A DNA stretch of 64,000 bases, from NCBI GenBank assembly GCA_951406725.2, contig OX597826.1:71920001-71984000 (forward strand), written 5' to 3'. Below are positions 1 through 11,550 of this stretch, one piece after another. A program made the position numbers and the translations under genes. The notes beneath the pieces were generated by a model, which did not search any database, was not told the origin of the DNA, and saw only the letters and a list, made by a program, of their open reading frames with translations. Each line of letters opens with the position of its first letter. Position 1 is the stretch's first letter. The DNA comes from Octopus vulgaris (taxonomy: Eukaryota).

Positions 1-1
1 C

Positions 2-177
2 AAGGCTTCCATTGGTTTCATGTTAAGAAAGATATGTTAATATGTTAACAATTTTTCAAGCCAATCACATACTGTAATGGTGTTCCAAAATGGAGACGAA
101 TGCCATTCCTCCATGTGATTGGCTTGAAAAATTAAGATATTAAGATATTTTTCTTAATATGAAACCATGGTAGCCTT
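2..177. repeat. Foldback (palindromic) element, same family as 58700-58822
   Basis: aaggcttccattggtttcatgttaagaaa...ttcaagccaatcacat pairs with atgtgattggcttgaa...ttcttaatatgaaaccatggtagcctt. Confidence 0.75.
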
Positions 178-728
178 AATACACAAATAAAGAAATAGAT
201 ATATTTGATGCCATAAGGATTAAGCAGCCTTCTGCTTTTTCTATTCGAAGGGCTTTTATCCCAATATTTACATATTGTGTCATGTCAAAAATGTTATGCT
301 GTTACACAAACATGACCTAAAAAGAATTTGCTCTTCCAGACCTGAATGAAGTTGGCCTCTTACCCTTGGCTGTGAAAAAGGCTATCACTGTCAACATTCC
401 CACTACCACCACCACCACCACTACCAACAACAACAACAGCAATAACAAACCATCACCATTACTATTTTCATTACCACCATCTCTACAATCACTTCCACCA
501 CCACTTTTCCATTCTACAAGTACCTTCTTTATAAAAATACATTTATGTTTTTTTCAAAACATACTTATGTTATTGTTGTTGTGAAGCCACTGTGTGATGT
601 GTGTTTGTTGTTGTATCATAAAAGACCTGTTTATTGTTATGTGATGTTGTGCTGTTACACACACACACACACACACACATACATGTTTATATATTTGTGA
701 TTTATTGTTTATCGTTGTTCCTTTACAG

Positions 729-811
729 ACCCGTCAACAATATAAAGGACATCTGTATTTTGGAAGGAATGAGGCAGCACTACCCAATTATTATGATTAA
801 ACTAAAACAAG
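729..811 (+). CDS. HECTD3: HECTD3 internal coding exon (1st in window; end of DOC/APC10-like region)
   Basis: ctttacAG acceptor and G|GTAAAT donor; encodes PVNNIKDICILEGMRQHYPIIMIKLKQ; its phase-1 end joins the next exon as GTT (Val). Confidence 0.75.
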
Positions 812-1378
812 GTAAATGACACACACACCCCACACATTACTGAATATTGCTAGAACCAGAAGAACACCGATGTAGTATGTCTATTCACATTTATCACAGG
901 TGTTTGGTTCCAAGGAAACACTGTGTCAAATGAATCAAAGATTTTTGAATAATAGAAAATATGAAGAAAGTATTTAAATAGAACTTCTTGTGTTTCTACA
1001 TTTTCTTTTTTATGTCCTCCTGTATAGGTTGACTTTACAACCTGCACCAGTAAAGTTCAAAGGTCACTCTTGAAGTTTCTTATTGTTTTGAAAATATTTA
1101 AAATAATTTTCCACTGTGCCTGAGAGAGCAGTTATAATAAATTTGAATGAACAGTTCTTTTTCTACATATTATGATATATATATAAAAAAATAGAGTATC
1201 TTTCTTGCACACTGGATTTTTTTAATGGGATTTCATAGCTCATAATAATGGTGCACATTATACACACAAGTCTGCATTAGATAAGAATAAATACAGTAAG
1301 TCATTGGTTTCAGTGACTCTTAAGGTGTGGTAAAATGAGCTGGAACCTAATACTATAACTTTAAGATAGATAAGGGGT

Positions 1379-1417
<39 letters not shown>

Positions 1418-1616
1418 CGGAAATGTACTTGCATAGCAAGAGACCTGATTTGAGATCGTGTGCTGGAACAAAAACAATTGCAGTGTGGAAGGTGTTTATA
1501 AGCCATTTAAGAAACACACAAAAACTGTTAGATTTACTTCAATATTTAAATTTAATTTGCCAAAATATTTTCGTCCCTTTGAGACCACGACCTGTTCACT
1601 GACAAAATTCCCATGC

Positions 1617-1662
<46 letters not shown>

Positions 1663-1670
1663 TACACATA

Positions 1671-2501
1671 CAGGGTGCAGTGAATAAACTGTCATCTAAA
1701 TTACACAAAAATGAAAATAACACTGACATCTCATTTTAGCAGATATATTTACCAAAATTACATAAAAATGTCTTGAAATACTAAAGAGTAAATTTATTCA
1801 ATAAAATTGCCATTGGCTTCAACCATAGCCTCCTGACGACTTCAGAATCTTCTGCAACTCTTCTGGACGCTCTCCTTGTTTAAGTTGGTGAACGCTGCCA
1901 TAATCTTTGCCTTCAATTCATCTTTGATGTTACAAGGAGTTTTGTTGGTCTCTCACTCAACTGTGCCCCCACACATAATAACCAAGGGGGTTGCAGTCTG
2001 AGGAGTTAGGTGGCCAGATGTTAGGAATGATGTGGTTGCAGAAATTGTCTGACAGCCATGACTGGGTTCTCCTGCTTGTGTGGCATAGTGCAAAGCCTTG
2101 TTGCTAGACATAGGGTCTTCCACCAGCCACCCTCTTGACCCAGGGCAGCACTACCTCCTCCAGGCACTCTGTGTTGAGTCTGAGACCATGTGGGAAGATA
2201 AATGGAGGCATAATGTTGCCATCACTAGTGATCACTCCAAACACCATGATGTTGACTGGATGTTTGATTTTTATCATTCATGGTACATGTTCATATTGGA
2301 GCTTCTGGCACAAATGTCAAGCAATACAGCATGTCATTTCCAAATTTCTGGCTGAGTGACTTGTGTCATGGTGCTGTTTTTTCTCACAGACAGTGCCCAA
2401 CTGACCCTACTATACTGTGTAGTCAACAAAATCAAAAGCAAAGAATGTGCATGCTTAAAATTAAAAATATAAAATGGTAACAATTTACCCATTGCATCCT
2501 G
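1671..2501 (-). mobile_element. Tc1/mariner-superfamily (maT/DD37D-like) deletion derivative
   Basis: TA-flanked imperfect TIRs cagggtgcagtgaataaactgtca / gtaacaatttacccattgcatcctg; minus strand reads NIWPPNSSDCNPLGYYVWGTVE (WPPxSPDxNPLD motif). Confidence 0.8.
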
Positions 2502-2554
<53 letters not shown>

Positions 2555-2837
2555 AAGCTAGAGTTGTGTGTCTTGTCTAAGGTTCGACGTTTTAGCTAAA
2601 CACATTGATAGATGTTTTTAAGAAATAGTGAACCTTAGAAAAGACATGATTTTTCTGTCATTTAATGGAAGTTTTCCTCTCAACCAGGTTTGTCTTGTTT
2701 GAGTAAGGAAAGGTTAAGAGACTCAAACATCAACTGGGAACATAGAAAACCATGATGACTAATATATGTGGGTACTTTATTGAGTAATAAATTTAGTTCT
2801 TATCTACTAATGTCTTGATTGTTTCTCTCTCTTTCAG

Positions 2838-3003
2838 TTGATGGCTTAGACGTACGGGTGAGAGGCCTTAAGATCCAGTCTTCTAAAGAACGCACTCTGG
2901 GATTCGATCGAGATTTCTTCTGCGAGAGGAAGCTTTTCCGTTATCCTCGTCTTGAGGCTTATACTCCCGATGAGTTGTACTACAGATCTATTGCTTTGCA
3001 AAG
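2838..3003 (+). CDS. HECTD3: HECTD3 coding exon 2 (in window)
   Basis: ctttcAG / AG|GTAAGC; DGLDVRVRGLKIQSSKERTLGFDRDFFCERKLFRYPRLEAYTPDELYYRSIALQR matches recalled HECTD3 DGIDVRLRGVKIKSS...RYPRLEG...LYRRAVLLQR. Confidence 0.92.
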
Positions 3004-3227
3004 GTAAGCTTTTATTAACCCAGCTTATCTTGTTTGAGAAGAACACTAGAAATAAGGGACAGGCCCTCTTTTGTTCTTTTTACTTCAGTAACTACCTGGA
3101 TTGTGTTATGTGACATCACTTGGCAATCTAACTTCTTCTTCAAAATAATGAACACAATCAACAGTATCACTCTTGTTGACATATTGTTTATACTAAGCAT
3201 AACAGCTTAATAGAAGTGTAGTTTGTA

Positions 3228-3764
3228 TTGGGTTGTCCAGAAAATTTGTGCCGATTTATAGTAGCTTACATTCTGACTTATTTTAGAACATGGTTGAGTT
3301 CATAATTAGGATTTGACTACACCTCTATTTAGAGCACAGTTTGAGCTATCTTTTCATGGAAGAAGATTTATGTTCCTATAACCGATGTTAATTCTGTAAC
3401 CCTTTAAAATAGAAAAGAAAGTTCATTTTCGGCACTTGATGCTTTGGGAACCAGACAAAAATTGCTGCAGCTCGGCTGGGATGTGTTACCCCACCCTTAA
3501 TATTCACCAGATATTGCTCCTTCGGATTTCCACTTATTCAGGTCTCTGCAGAATAGTCTTAATGGTAAAAATTTCAATTCCTTGGATGACGTAAAAAGAT
3601 ACCTTGATGAATTCTGGGAAGAGGGTATTTTCAAGTTAAAGGAAAGATGGGACACATTGTGCAACAAAATGGTTCGTATTTGGTTGATTAAAAATGTAAT
3701 GGCAAGCATTTATTGACCTTTTTCTTTCCTTTAAAAATCGGCACGAACTTTCCGGACAACCCAA
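3228..3764 (+). mobile_element. mariner deletion derivative
   Basis: TA|ttgggttgtccagaaaatttgtgccgattt ... aaatcggcacgaactttccggacaacccaa|TA; internal WDVLPHP*YSPDIAPSDFHLFRSLQN. Confidence 0.88.
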
Positions 3765-3884
3765 TACTAGGTTTAACAGTTAAGTTGTAATGTAGATTAT
3801 ACTGAGGTCAATAGTTTAACAGTGATATACTTTATAATGATTTTAGCATAAAAACAGGAAATATAATTTATACTTTAATACTGT

Positions 3885-4100
3885 AGCATTTCAACCAGTC
3901 ATATCAGGTTCAAATATTCTAATAGTTTTATGTTAAAACTGGCCAGGTCTTGCTTCTCACACCTACCTTACAATGTCATTATAAAAATAAACAATGATAT
4001 CATTGAAATCTCGAAACTATGAGATGATGCATGATTAATTCCAAACAATGTGAATCAATAGGCATTATGTTTGACAGAGGAATATTGATGCTAGAGGCTT
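3885..4100 (+). mobile_element. piggyBac-like MITE family E (decayed copy)
   Basis: Aligns by eye to 31305-31530 (ctctcacacctaccctacaatgtcatt...gcatgattaattc). Confidence 0.6.
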
Positions 4101-4133
4101 ACAGAAAGAGTAATACTAAGTTTAATAGAAACA

Positions 4134-4368
4134 TCATCATCATCATTTAATGTCTACATTCCATGCTGGGTCAATGCCAGTGCCAGCTGACTGGTTCCGT
4201 ACCAGTGGCATGTAAAAAGTACCTACTACACCCTTAGAGTGGTTGGTGTTAGGAAGGGCATCCAGCTGTAGAAACTTTGGCAGATCAGATTGGAGCCTGG
4301 TGCAGCCTTCTCGCTTGCCAGCATGGAAAGCGAATGTTAAAGAATGACGAAAATGATGATGATGATCC
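4134..4368. mobile_element. SINE family B ((TGA)n-tailed) with an inverted copy of its tail at the left end
   Basis: catcatcatttaatgtctacattccatgctgg ... ggttggtgttaggaagggcatccagc ... ccagcatggaaagcgaatgttaaa...gatgatgatg. Confidence 0.7.
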
Positions 4369-4433
4369 TTCAATGTGTTGTGATGTAACCGCCCTCCTCT
4401 TTGTGTTATCTCACTTCAGCTCTTATCTTTCAG

Positions 4434-4515
4434 GTTCATATCCTTATTAGACAGTGTGCTATCTTACATTGTACCCAAGTGGAGTCATCAGTACAAGTCG
4501 ACACTGGATCTGGAG
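4434..4515 (+). CDS. HECTD3: HECTD3 coding exon 3
   Basis: ctttcAG / GAG|GTAATT; FISLLDSVLSYIVPKWSHQYKSTLDLE (cf. FIKILDSVLHHLVPAW); phases 2->0 consistent. Confidence 0.9.
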
Positions 4516-4804
4516 GTAATTTGTTACAACAATCTCACATTGGTATTTTCATAATACTGTCAAAGACACACCACCCCTGCGGCATACTATACAGAATGGT
4601 TCAAAAGTTCCATTGACATGTTTTCTTTTTTTACCTTTTTACCTCTGTGATATTCTAAATGATCAAGCATGGCTCTCTGATGAGAGGTTTGTTTCTCAAC
4701 CACATGGTCTCCCACGTGGTAGACTTGATAATTATTGGCAATGAAACCGTTGGTAACCTTGTTAACTTGCAAATAAAGTATATATATATATATATATATA
4801 TAGT

Positions 4805-4950
4805 TAATCCAAACAAGAAAACAAAAGCAAAAAAACACAATAATGCAGGGACGTGGAACAAATAAAGTATTATTGGACGCTCAGGAAAGAAGGGAAGAAG
4901 GAGGGTTTAACGTTTCGAGCGAAGCTCTTCATTGGAAAAATAGGAGAAGC
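4805..4950 (-). mobile_element. Short Penelope-pLTR-like element with degenerate hammerhead motif
   Basis: Minus strand ccaatga-a-gagc-ttc-gctc-gaaacgtta; flanked by (TA)n; related to 14065-14255. Confidence 0.5.
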
Positions 4951-4990
4951 AAATATATATATATATATGTATGATATAAATATATGTGTA

Positions 4991-5023
<33 letters not shown>

Positions 5024-5273
5024 GCATGCATATATACATATATGTACATACATCTATATGTATATATATATATATGTATGTATATATATGTACACACACC
5101 CACACACAAACACAGTCACATATACACTCATATACTTGCACATGCTCATATAGGTATGTATGTATGTTCGTATTAAGCATATATTCTTATTGTTTCCAAT
5201 ACATACCAACTGTAGTAGTGTCCTCTCCCACCAAGTTACCAAAGTCATCTTGTGTCTCTCTCTTCTGTTTCAG

Positions 5274-5350
5274 TCGATAAGGCAATTATTACCGTTATCA
5301 CAGATGAGACCCTTAATGGTTGAAACATTCCTCAGGGAAACAGTTAAAGA
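5274..5350 (+). CDS. HECTD3: HECTD3 coding exon 4
   Basis: gtttcAG / GA|GTAAGT; SIRQLLPLSQMRPLMVETFLRETVK; phases 0->2. Confidence 0.88.
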
Positions 5351-5419
5351 GTAAGTGTTTTGCTATTGTTGTTTAGCCCTTAATCTAACAGAACTGTGAT
5401 CAAAGACATTACATCCATG

Positions 5420-6165
5420 ACCCTCACTCTCTTTTCTCTTTCTCTCTCATCTCTCTCCCATACACTTTCTGTCTCCTCTTTCTTACACCAATCTCACTAT
5501 TTCTTTCTCACTTTCTTTGAGTCTCTCTATGTCTCTTTTTCTCTGTATCTCCTCCCTCTCCCTCTCTCTGACACACTATATCACCCTGGCTCCTCCTCTC
5601 TCTCTTTCTCTTGTTATCTCTTTTTATTCTTATACATTCTTAGTTACTCCTGTTGTCTCCTCCTCCCCTACTGCACTCTCCTCTCTTGTCACTCTTCCTC
5701 TCTCTGTCTTTCTTTCACTGTTTCTCTCTCTCTCTCTCTCTCTCTCTTGTCCACCTCTCTTTCTCTCTCTCTCTCTCTTGTCCACCTCTCTTTCTCTCTC
5801 TCTCTCTCTTGTCCACCTCTGTCTCTCTCTCTCTCTTGTCCACCTGTCTGTCTGTCTGTCTCTCTCTCTTGTCCACCTGTCTCTCTTTCTATCTCTCTCT
5901 CTCTCATCCACCTGTCTCTCTCTCTTGTCCACCTGTCTGTCTGTCTCTCTCTCTCTCTCTCGTCTACCAGTCTCTCCCTCTCTCTCTCTCTCTCTTGTCC
6001 ACCTCTCTCTCTTTCTCTCGTCTACCTGTCTCTCTCTACCTCTCTCTCGTCCACCTGTCTCTCTCTCTCCTGTCCACCTCTCCTTCTCTCTCTTGTCCAC
6101 CTGTCTGTCTGTCTCTCTCTCTCTCGTCTACCTGTCTCCCTCTCTCTTGTCCACCTGTCTCTATA
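5420..6165 (+). repeat. CT-rich tract / minisatellite with recurring CTTGTCCACCT unit
   Basis: More than a dozen (c)ttgtccacct / cgtctacct units separated by (CT)n/(CTGT)n, ending about 30 nt before the exon-5 acceptor. Confidence 0.9.
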
Positions 6166-6193
6166 TCCCGTCTGTAATTCCATTTTTTTGCAG

Positions 6194-6352
6194 AAGACCT
6201 CTAGATGTTCGGATATTGTTCATAAACAGACGAGCTGCCACTGAACATCGTGCTGACCCACAGAAAGATTCTACCTGTAAGAACACAGTGTTTATGCAGG
6301 TATTCGAAGGTTTAAAACCCAAAGAGAAGAAAGCAAAACATTTGAATTACCG
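6194..6352 (+). CDS. HECTD3: HECTD3 coding exon 5
   Basis: tttttgcAG / CG|GTTCGT; [53 protein letters not shown] (cf. [35 protein letters not shown]). Confidence 0.92.
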
Positions 6353-6424
6353 GTTCGTTCCTTCCGTTTGTTTCCTTTTTCATATTTTTGTTTACTTTTA
6401 TATTTTTTCTTTTCTTTTGCTTGT

Positions 6425-6835
6425 TTTTAGTCATTTTGACTGCGACCATGCTGGAGCACCACATTCAATCAAGCAAATCGACCCGCAGTACTTATTCTTT
6501 GTCAGCCTAGTACCTATTCTACCAGTCTCTTTTACTAAGTTATGGGGATGTAAACACACCAACATCGGTGTCAAGACACATAAACATACACACACACACA
6601 TACATACATACATACACACACACATATCCTCTCTCTCTTTCGGAGAGGCACTGAGCAGCTATACGCACACATACACACACGGCAGTAACTTCCACCTACC
6701 GAATTCAATCACAAAGCTCCGGTCGGCTCGGGGCTATAGTGGAAGACACCTACCCAAAGTGCCACGCAGTGGGACTGAACCCGAAACCATGTAGCTAGGA
6801 AGCAAGCTCCCTAACCACACAGCCATGCCCGCGCC
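6425..6835 (-). mobile_element. tRNA-derived SINE family C with internal CA microsatellite
   Basis: Minus strand ggctgtgtggttagggagcttgc...gggttcagtcccactgcgtggcactttgggtaggtgtcttc head and gctccagcatggtcgcagtcaaaatgact tail. Confidence 0.8.
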
Positions 6836-6847
6836 TATATATATATA

Positions 6848-7065
6848 TCATCATCATCATTTAATGTCTGCTTTCTATGCTAACATGGGTTGGACGATTT
6901 GACTGAGGTCTGGCGAACCAGACTCCAATCTTGATCTAGCAGAGTTTCTACAGCTGGATGCCCTTCCTAATGCCAACCACTCCAAGAGTGTAGTGGGTGC
7001 TTTTACGTACCACCGGCACTAGGGCCAGTTAGGTGGTACTGGCAACGGCCATGCTCAAGTGGTGC
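6848..7065 (-). mobile_element. SINE family B
   Basis: (CAT)n then catgggttggacg...ctggatgcccttcctaatgccaaccactc. Confidence 0.8.
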
Positions 7066-7089
7066 TTATACACACATATATACATATAC

Positions 7090-7985
7090 GAAGGGCTTCT
7101 TTCAGTTTCCGTCTACCAAATCCACTCACAAGGCTTTGGTCGGCCCAATGCTATAGTAGAAGACACTTGCCCAAGGTGCTACACAGTGGGACTGAACCCG
7201 GAACCATGTGGTTAGTAAGCAAACTACTTACCACACAGCCACACTTATTCACATTTTTTCCAGTGGTATGTATTTCTTTATACTCCATCTTTTACACCTG
7301 GGGATTAATGTCTGGTGTTTGTGTCTGATTATTGTTATTACACTTGTTGTGCTTCCCAACCACAAAGGTTTTGGGTTCAGTCCCACTGTATAGCACCTTG
7401 GACAAATGTCTTCTACTATAGCCCCTTGCTGACCAATGTCTTGCGAGTGGATTTGGTAGACAGAAACTGAAAGAAGCCCAACGTATATATATATATGTAT
7501 ATATATACACACACACACACACACATATACATACACACACACACATACACATATATAGATATATACATACATATATATATGCACACACACATATGTACAC
7601 ACACATATATATACTCACACATAAATATACATACATATATATATACACACGCACATATGCACATGTGTGCATATATGTGTGTGTGTCTGTATACACTTAT
7701 GTATGTGAGTGTGCGTATATTTGTGTTTCCTTGCCTTGACATTATGTGATCATTGTCTACGAAACTCGTTTTCAGTATTCTATGAAAAATATGTCTGGCC
7801 ATGGAGAAGTATTACTTTGCTTGGAAGCAGGTAAGGGTTGGCAGCAGGAAAGGCGTCTGGTTGTAGAAAATCTTTGCTCAATAAATTCTGTCTGACCCAT
7901 ACAAGTGTGGGAAAGTGGACGTTAAAACAGTGGTGTCATACTCACTTCAGCAGAGAACATGAATGTTAAATGATGATGAAGATGG
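7090..7985. mobile_element. Inverted pair of family C heads (7090-7242 -, 7350-7482 +); the + copy continues through a microsatellite into a family-B-like tail
   Basis: gggcttctttcagtttccgtctaccaaatccactc versus gagtggatttggtagacagaaactgaaagaagccc; tail gtgggaaagtggacgttaaa. Confidence 0.7.
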
Positions 7986-8479
7986 ACAAAACTCTGAAGA
8001 AATACATTCACACTATGAGCACGTTGTCTTCTTTAGGGCTACTTAGGGCTACATTACCTCATGTATCTTTTCCTTATTAAAGATGAATTGCAAGGAGAGA
8101 GATTTGGCTGCTATTTCTAACATGTCAAGTGACCCTGTAGAGGCCCTGTCATTGTGTTACACTTGGCATTTACATCCAGTTGTTGTTGTCTTCTTCTTCT
8201 TCTTCCAATCAGGACTCACGCCATTAGCCACAACGAATAATCTCTAATTCAAGCCTACTCTAAGCTACTAAGAATGCGTATGGCAACTTGAAGATCCACC
8301 CACCGCATGCGATAGACTGGCGATTGCACGGGCGCGAAAGCTACGTTGTTATCCTCATTTTAAAGGGTGGAGAGCTGAACCATCCTGGGGTACAGAGGAT
8401 TCGCAATCAAGACTAAGGTCTGAAAGTTTTACCACACCATAGCGGGTTACACCATGGTTCATCTTCTTTGTGGCAGAAG

Positions 8480-8672
8480 TAGGAAGAAAGAGTGAGAGAA
8501 AGTTGTAGTGAAAGAGTACAGCGGGGGTTCACCAACCAACCCCTGCTGGAGCCTCGTGGAGCTTTAGGTGTTTTTGCTCAATAAACACTCACAATACCCA
8601 GTCTGGGAATCGAAACCCCACTCTTATGACTGCGAGTCTGCTGCCCTAACCACTGGGCCATTGCACCTCCAC
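8480..8672 (-). mobile_element. tRNA-derived SINE family D variant
   Basis: gggaatcgaaacc...ctaaccactgggccattgcacctccac is the reverse of an A/B-box tRNA head. Confidence 0.7.
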
Positions 8673-8736
8673 AGTTGTTGTATTGCTCCACATCAGCACT
8701 GACTGAGCTGTCCAGTGACATGCAGGTCATTGGCTT

Positions 8737-8777
<41 letters not shown>

Positions 8778-8917
8778 CTGTCTGTCTATACACACACACA
8801 TACATACATCATGTAATTGGACAGCTGTTGGTCACCACTTTTTGTTGTTTACATTATTTTCCTTTTTTTATCTTTCTGTCGACTTATGTTGTATGTTTTG
8901 TATTTTTTTTTTATTAG

Positions 8918-9086
8918 TTGGCCCAACAAATACGACCAGTGGTGGGAGTGTAAATTCTTGATGGAAGGGATCATTGATCAAGGAGGAGGTTTCCGTGATA
9001 GTCTATCAGACATTTCTGAAGAACTGTGTCCAAGCTGTTTGGATACTTCAGTACCTCTGCCTTGCTTTATTCGCTCCCCAAATCAG
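8918..9086 (+). CDS. HECTD3: HECTD3 coding exon 6 (start of HECT domain)
   Basis: ttattAG / CAG|GTAAAA; [56 protein letters not shown] contains the HECT EGxDxGG motif. Confidence 0.96.
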
Positions 9087-9159
9087 GTAAAAACAAGACA
9101 GATTCTCTTTGTTCTCTTGAAAATTACTCTTTCTTTCCGTCAGTCTATTGCTATCTATC

Positions 9160-9390
9160 TCATCATCATTATCATCATAATTTAATGTCCGTTTTCCATG
9201 CTGACATGGGTTACCTGATTTGACTGGAGCTGACCATCTAAAGGGCTGTTCAGGTGCCGTCATTGTTTTGGCATGGTTTCTATGGCTGGATGCCCTTCCT
9301 AGCCCCAACCACTTTATAGAGTGTACTGGGTGCTTTTACACAGCACTGGCTTGGGTGCTTTTTATATGGCACCAGCACCTACAAGCCTGC
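9160..9390 (-). mobile_element. SINE family B
   Basis: tttaatgtccgttttccatgctg...ggctggatgcccttcctagccccaaccac. Confidence 0.7.
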
Positions 9391-9728
9391 CAGATTAGGG
9401 ATGCTCAGTTGGGGAGGGTTGCGAGGAATGAGTCTGTATGCAAGGGCAACCATGCTTCTACTTAGCTTGACATTCCTTTTCAAGCACAGCAAACCACCAG
9501 GTGTCTTGATGTATTTTTCTCACTGATTCCCTATCTACCTGGACAGATTAGTCAACTCTCTCTCTCTTTCTCTCTCTATTTGTTGTCTCTCTCATTCAGC
9601 TTCCCGTTATGCAGATACAATACTGATTTTCCAGGACCTTTGGTGCCAAAACCTTTCCAGTTAACTGATTTTTTCCCAAAACCAGGGGTGGTCACCTTTG
9701 CCAACATACTCTAAATGAAACAAATGTT

Positions 9729-9936
9729 GAGCTGGCAGAATCGTTAGCACGCCAGGTGAAATGCGTAGCCGTATTTCGTCTGTCGTTACGTTCTGAGTTC
9801 AAATTCCGCCAAGGTCGACTTTGCCTTTCATCCTTTCAGGGTCAATAAATTAAGTACCAGTTACGCACTGGGGTCGACTTGTCTGTCCTTGTTTGTCCCC
9901 TCTGTGTTTAGCCCCTTGTGGGTAGTAAAGAAATAG
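9729..9936 (+). mobile_element. tRNA-derived SINE family A
   Basis: gagctggcagaatcgttagc...gagttcaaattcc (A/B boxes)...gcctttcatcctttcagggtcaataaattaagtaccag. Confidence 0.85.
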
Positions 9937-9969
9937 ATTTACTTAAATGACTAAAAGTATACAGGTATT

Positions 9970-10534
9970 TGTACATTAGTATAGATGATTCAAGTTTATT
10001 AATACCATACTGTGCAAGGTACCAATAAGCTAGACTAAAGGCCCACGAAAATTTGAAATTCCTAATCATAAACTAGTGCGGATTATAAGTGGTTTTGGAA
10101 AGTCAGAGTTATACCTGTTTAACCCTTTTTATGTTGGAAATCTTATGACTTCCTGTCATGCACAATAAAGGTGAGCTGACTATAGTTTTATAGAGACTGT
10201 GCGGTAAGAGAGGTGACGATGAATGGCTCCTTTAATACTGTCCCTGGAACTGGCTGTGTGCTCTGTGGTCAGTAGTCAGACCTTTGAAGGTCTAGAGTCA
10301 AAGACTTCGACTCGATGAATCGCTGAAGTTTTATAGCAAGCTATCGGCGCAAACAGAGATTTAGAAAAGACGGTGTCACAGGACCTTATCAGAAGGCTGC
10401 GATTGGTTGGGTTGCACATTGGCGCATAATAGAGCAAGAGACAAATTGTGCCAATACCAACCAATCAGAGTAGTGGACACAACAGGGTCTAAAAGGGCAG
10501 CTGAAGGCTAGCTGTTATCTACTACGTCCGTACA
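9970..10534 (-). mobile_element. Candidate solo LTR
   Basis: TGTAC...GTACA termini; flanks TATT/TATG (imperfect 4-bp TSD); minus-strand TATAAAA boxes and an AATAAA about 25 nt from the end; CpG-richer than the background. Confidence 0.4.
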
Positions 10535-10611
10535 TATGTATGTATGTATAACAGAGAGAGAGAGAGAGTCCACTACAGTTTCAATACTGGTGAAAAGCTG
10601 ATATTTGACTT

Positions 10612-10890
10612 AACCTGTCACATCGAACATCCTAAATCTGTCACAAAGTGTCACATCTAACAATGTGTATCAGGGTAACCAGCCCCAAACTGTCACTTTT
10701 TATGTCTTTGTAGTCCATCACATCTATTGTCACAAACTGTCACATCAAGCTTCTTAAGTCAGAGTGGTCTGTTACAGACTGTCACGTCTAAAATTTTTCA
10801 TGTGTAGTCTTTCAATGTAACATCTTAGATCTGTATGAACTGTAACAAATTTGTCACAACAAACATCTTGCGCCAGTATAGTCATACCTA
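10612..10890 (+). repeat. Degenerate tandem array of (C)TGTCACA motifs
   Basis: About 12 tgtcac/tgtaac/tgttac occurrences, often paired (ctgtcacaaagtgtcacatct). Confidence 0.6.
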
Positions 10891-11138
10891 GCTGTTTTGT
10901 ATCCTTTAGGTAAATAGGTAACCCCAGAAAGATGAAAGGCTAAATTGACCTCCAGTGAGATTTGAACTCAGAACTAAATACTTCCTTTTCTTTTACCTAA
11001 TGTTCTACTGATTCTGCCAGACTTCTGTCTGTCGTAACAATAATCACAGCAACAACTGTTTTCTGAAATGCAGTCCAATGAGAGCTGGGATTTAACTTCA
11101 GTGTTGTTGGCAAGAAATAAATGAAAGAAAAGTTCCTT

Positions 11139-11550
11139 ATTAACCCTTTAGCATTTGATCTGGCCATAACTGACTCAGATATTCTCCATGTTTTATGTTC
11201 AAGTTGGCCAGATCTGGTCTCTCACACCTACATTACAATGTCATTCTAAAATAAGTTATCACATCCTCAACATCTCAAAGCTACGAGATAATGCATGATT
11301 AATTCAAACCAATGTGATGCCAGTGCTGCCTGACTGGCCCCGTGCTGGTGGCACGTAAAAGCACCCACTATACTCTCAGAGTGGTTTGGCGTTAGGAAGG
11401 GCATCCAGCTGTAGAAACTCTGCCAGATCAAGACTGGAGCCTGGTGCAGCCATCTGGTTCGCCAGCCCTCAGTCACACGTCCAACCCATGCCAGCATGGA
11501 AAGCGGACGTTAAACGACGATGATGATTTGACTGGATGCTTAAAGGTTAA
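11139..11550 (+). mobile_element. piggyBac-like MITE (family E) interrupted by a family B SINE (about 11315-11527)
   Basis: TTAA|ccctttagcatt start, ggatgcttaaaggTTAA end; internal gttaggaagggcatccagc...gacgttaaacgacgatgatg. Confidence 0.75.

Noticed and set aside
5396-6794. Long ORFs of 282-425 aa (SL-rich)
   Set aside because: Produced by the CT minisatellite; only 6194-6352 is a real exon.
8190-8470. CpG-rich segment with an (AAG)n tail on the minus strand, possibly a retroposon 3' end
   Set aside because: No recognisable protein motif and no second copy in the window.
9729-9810. tRNA genes at A/B-box motifs (also 41963, 55521)
   Set aside because: No complete cloverleaf; each continues into a multi-copy SINE body.
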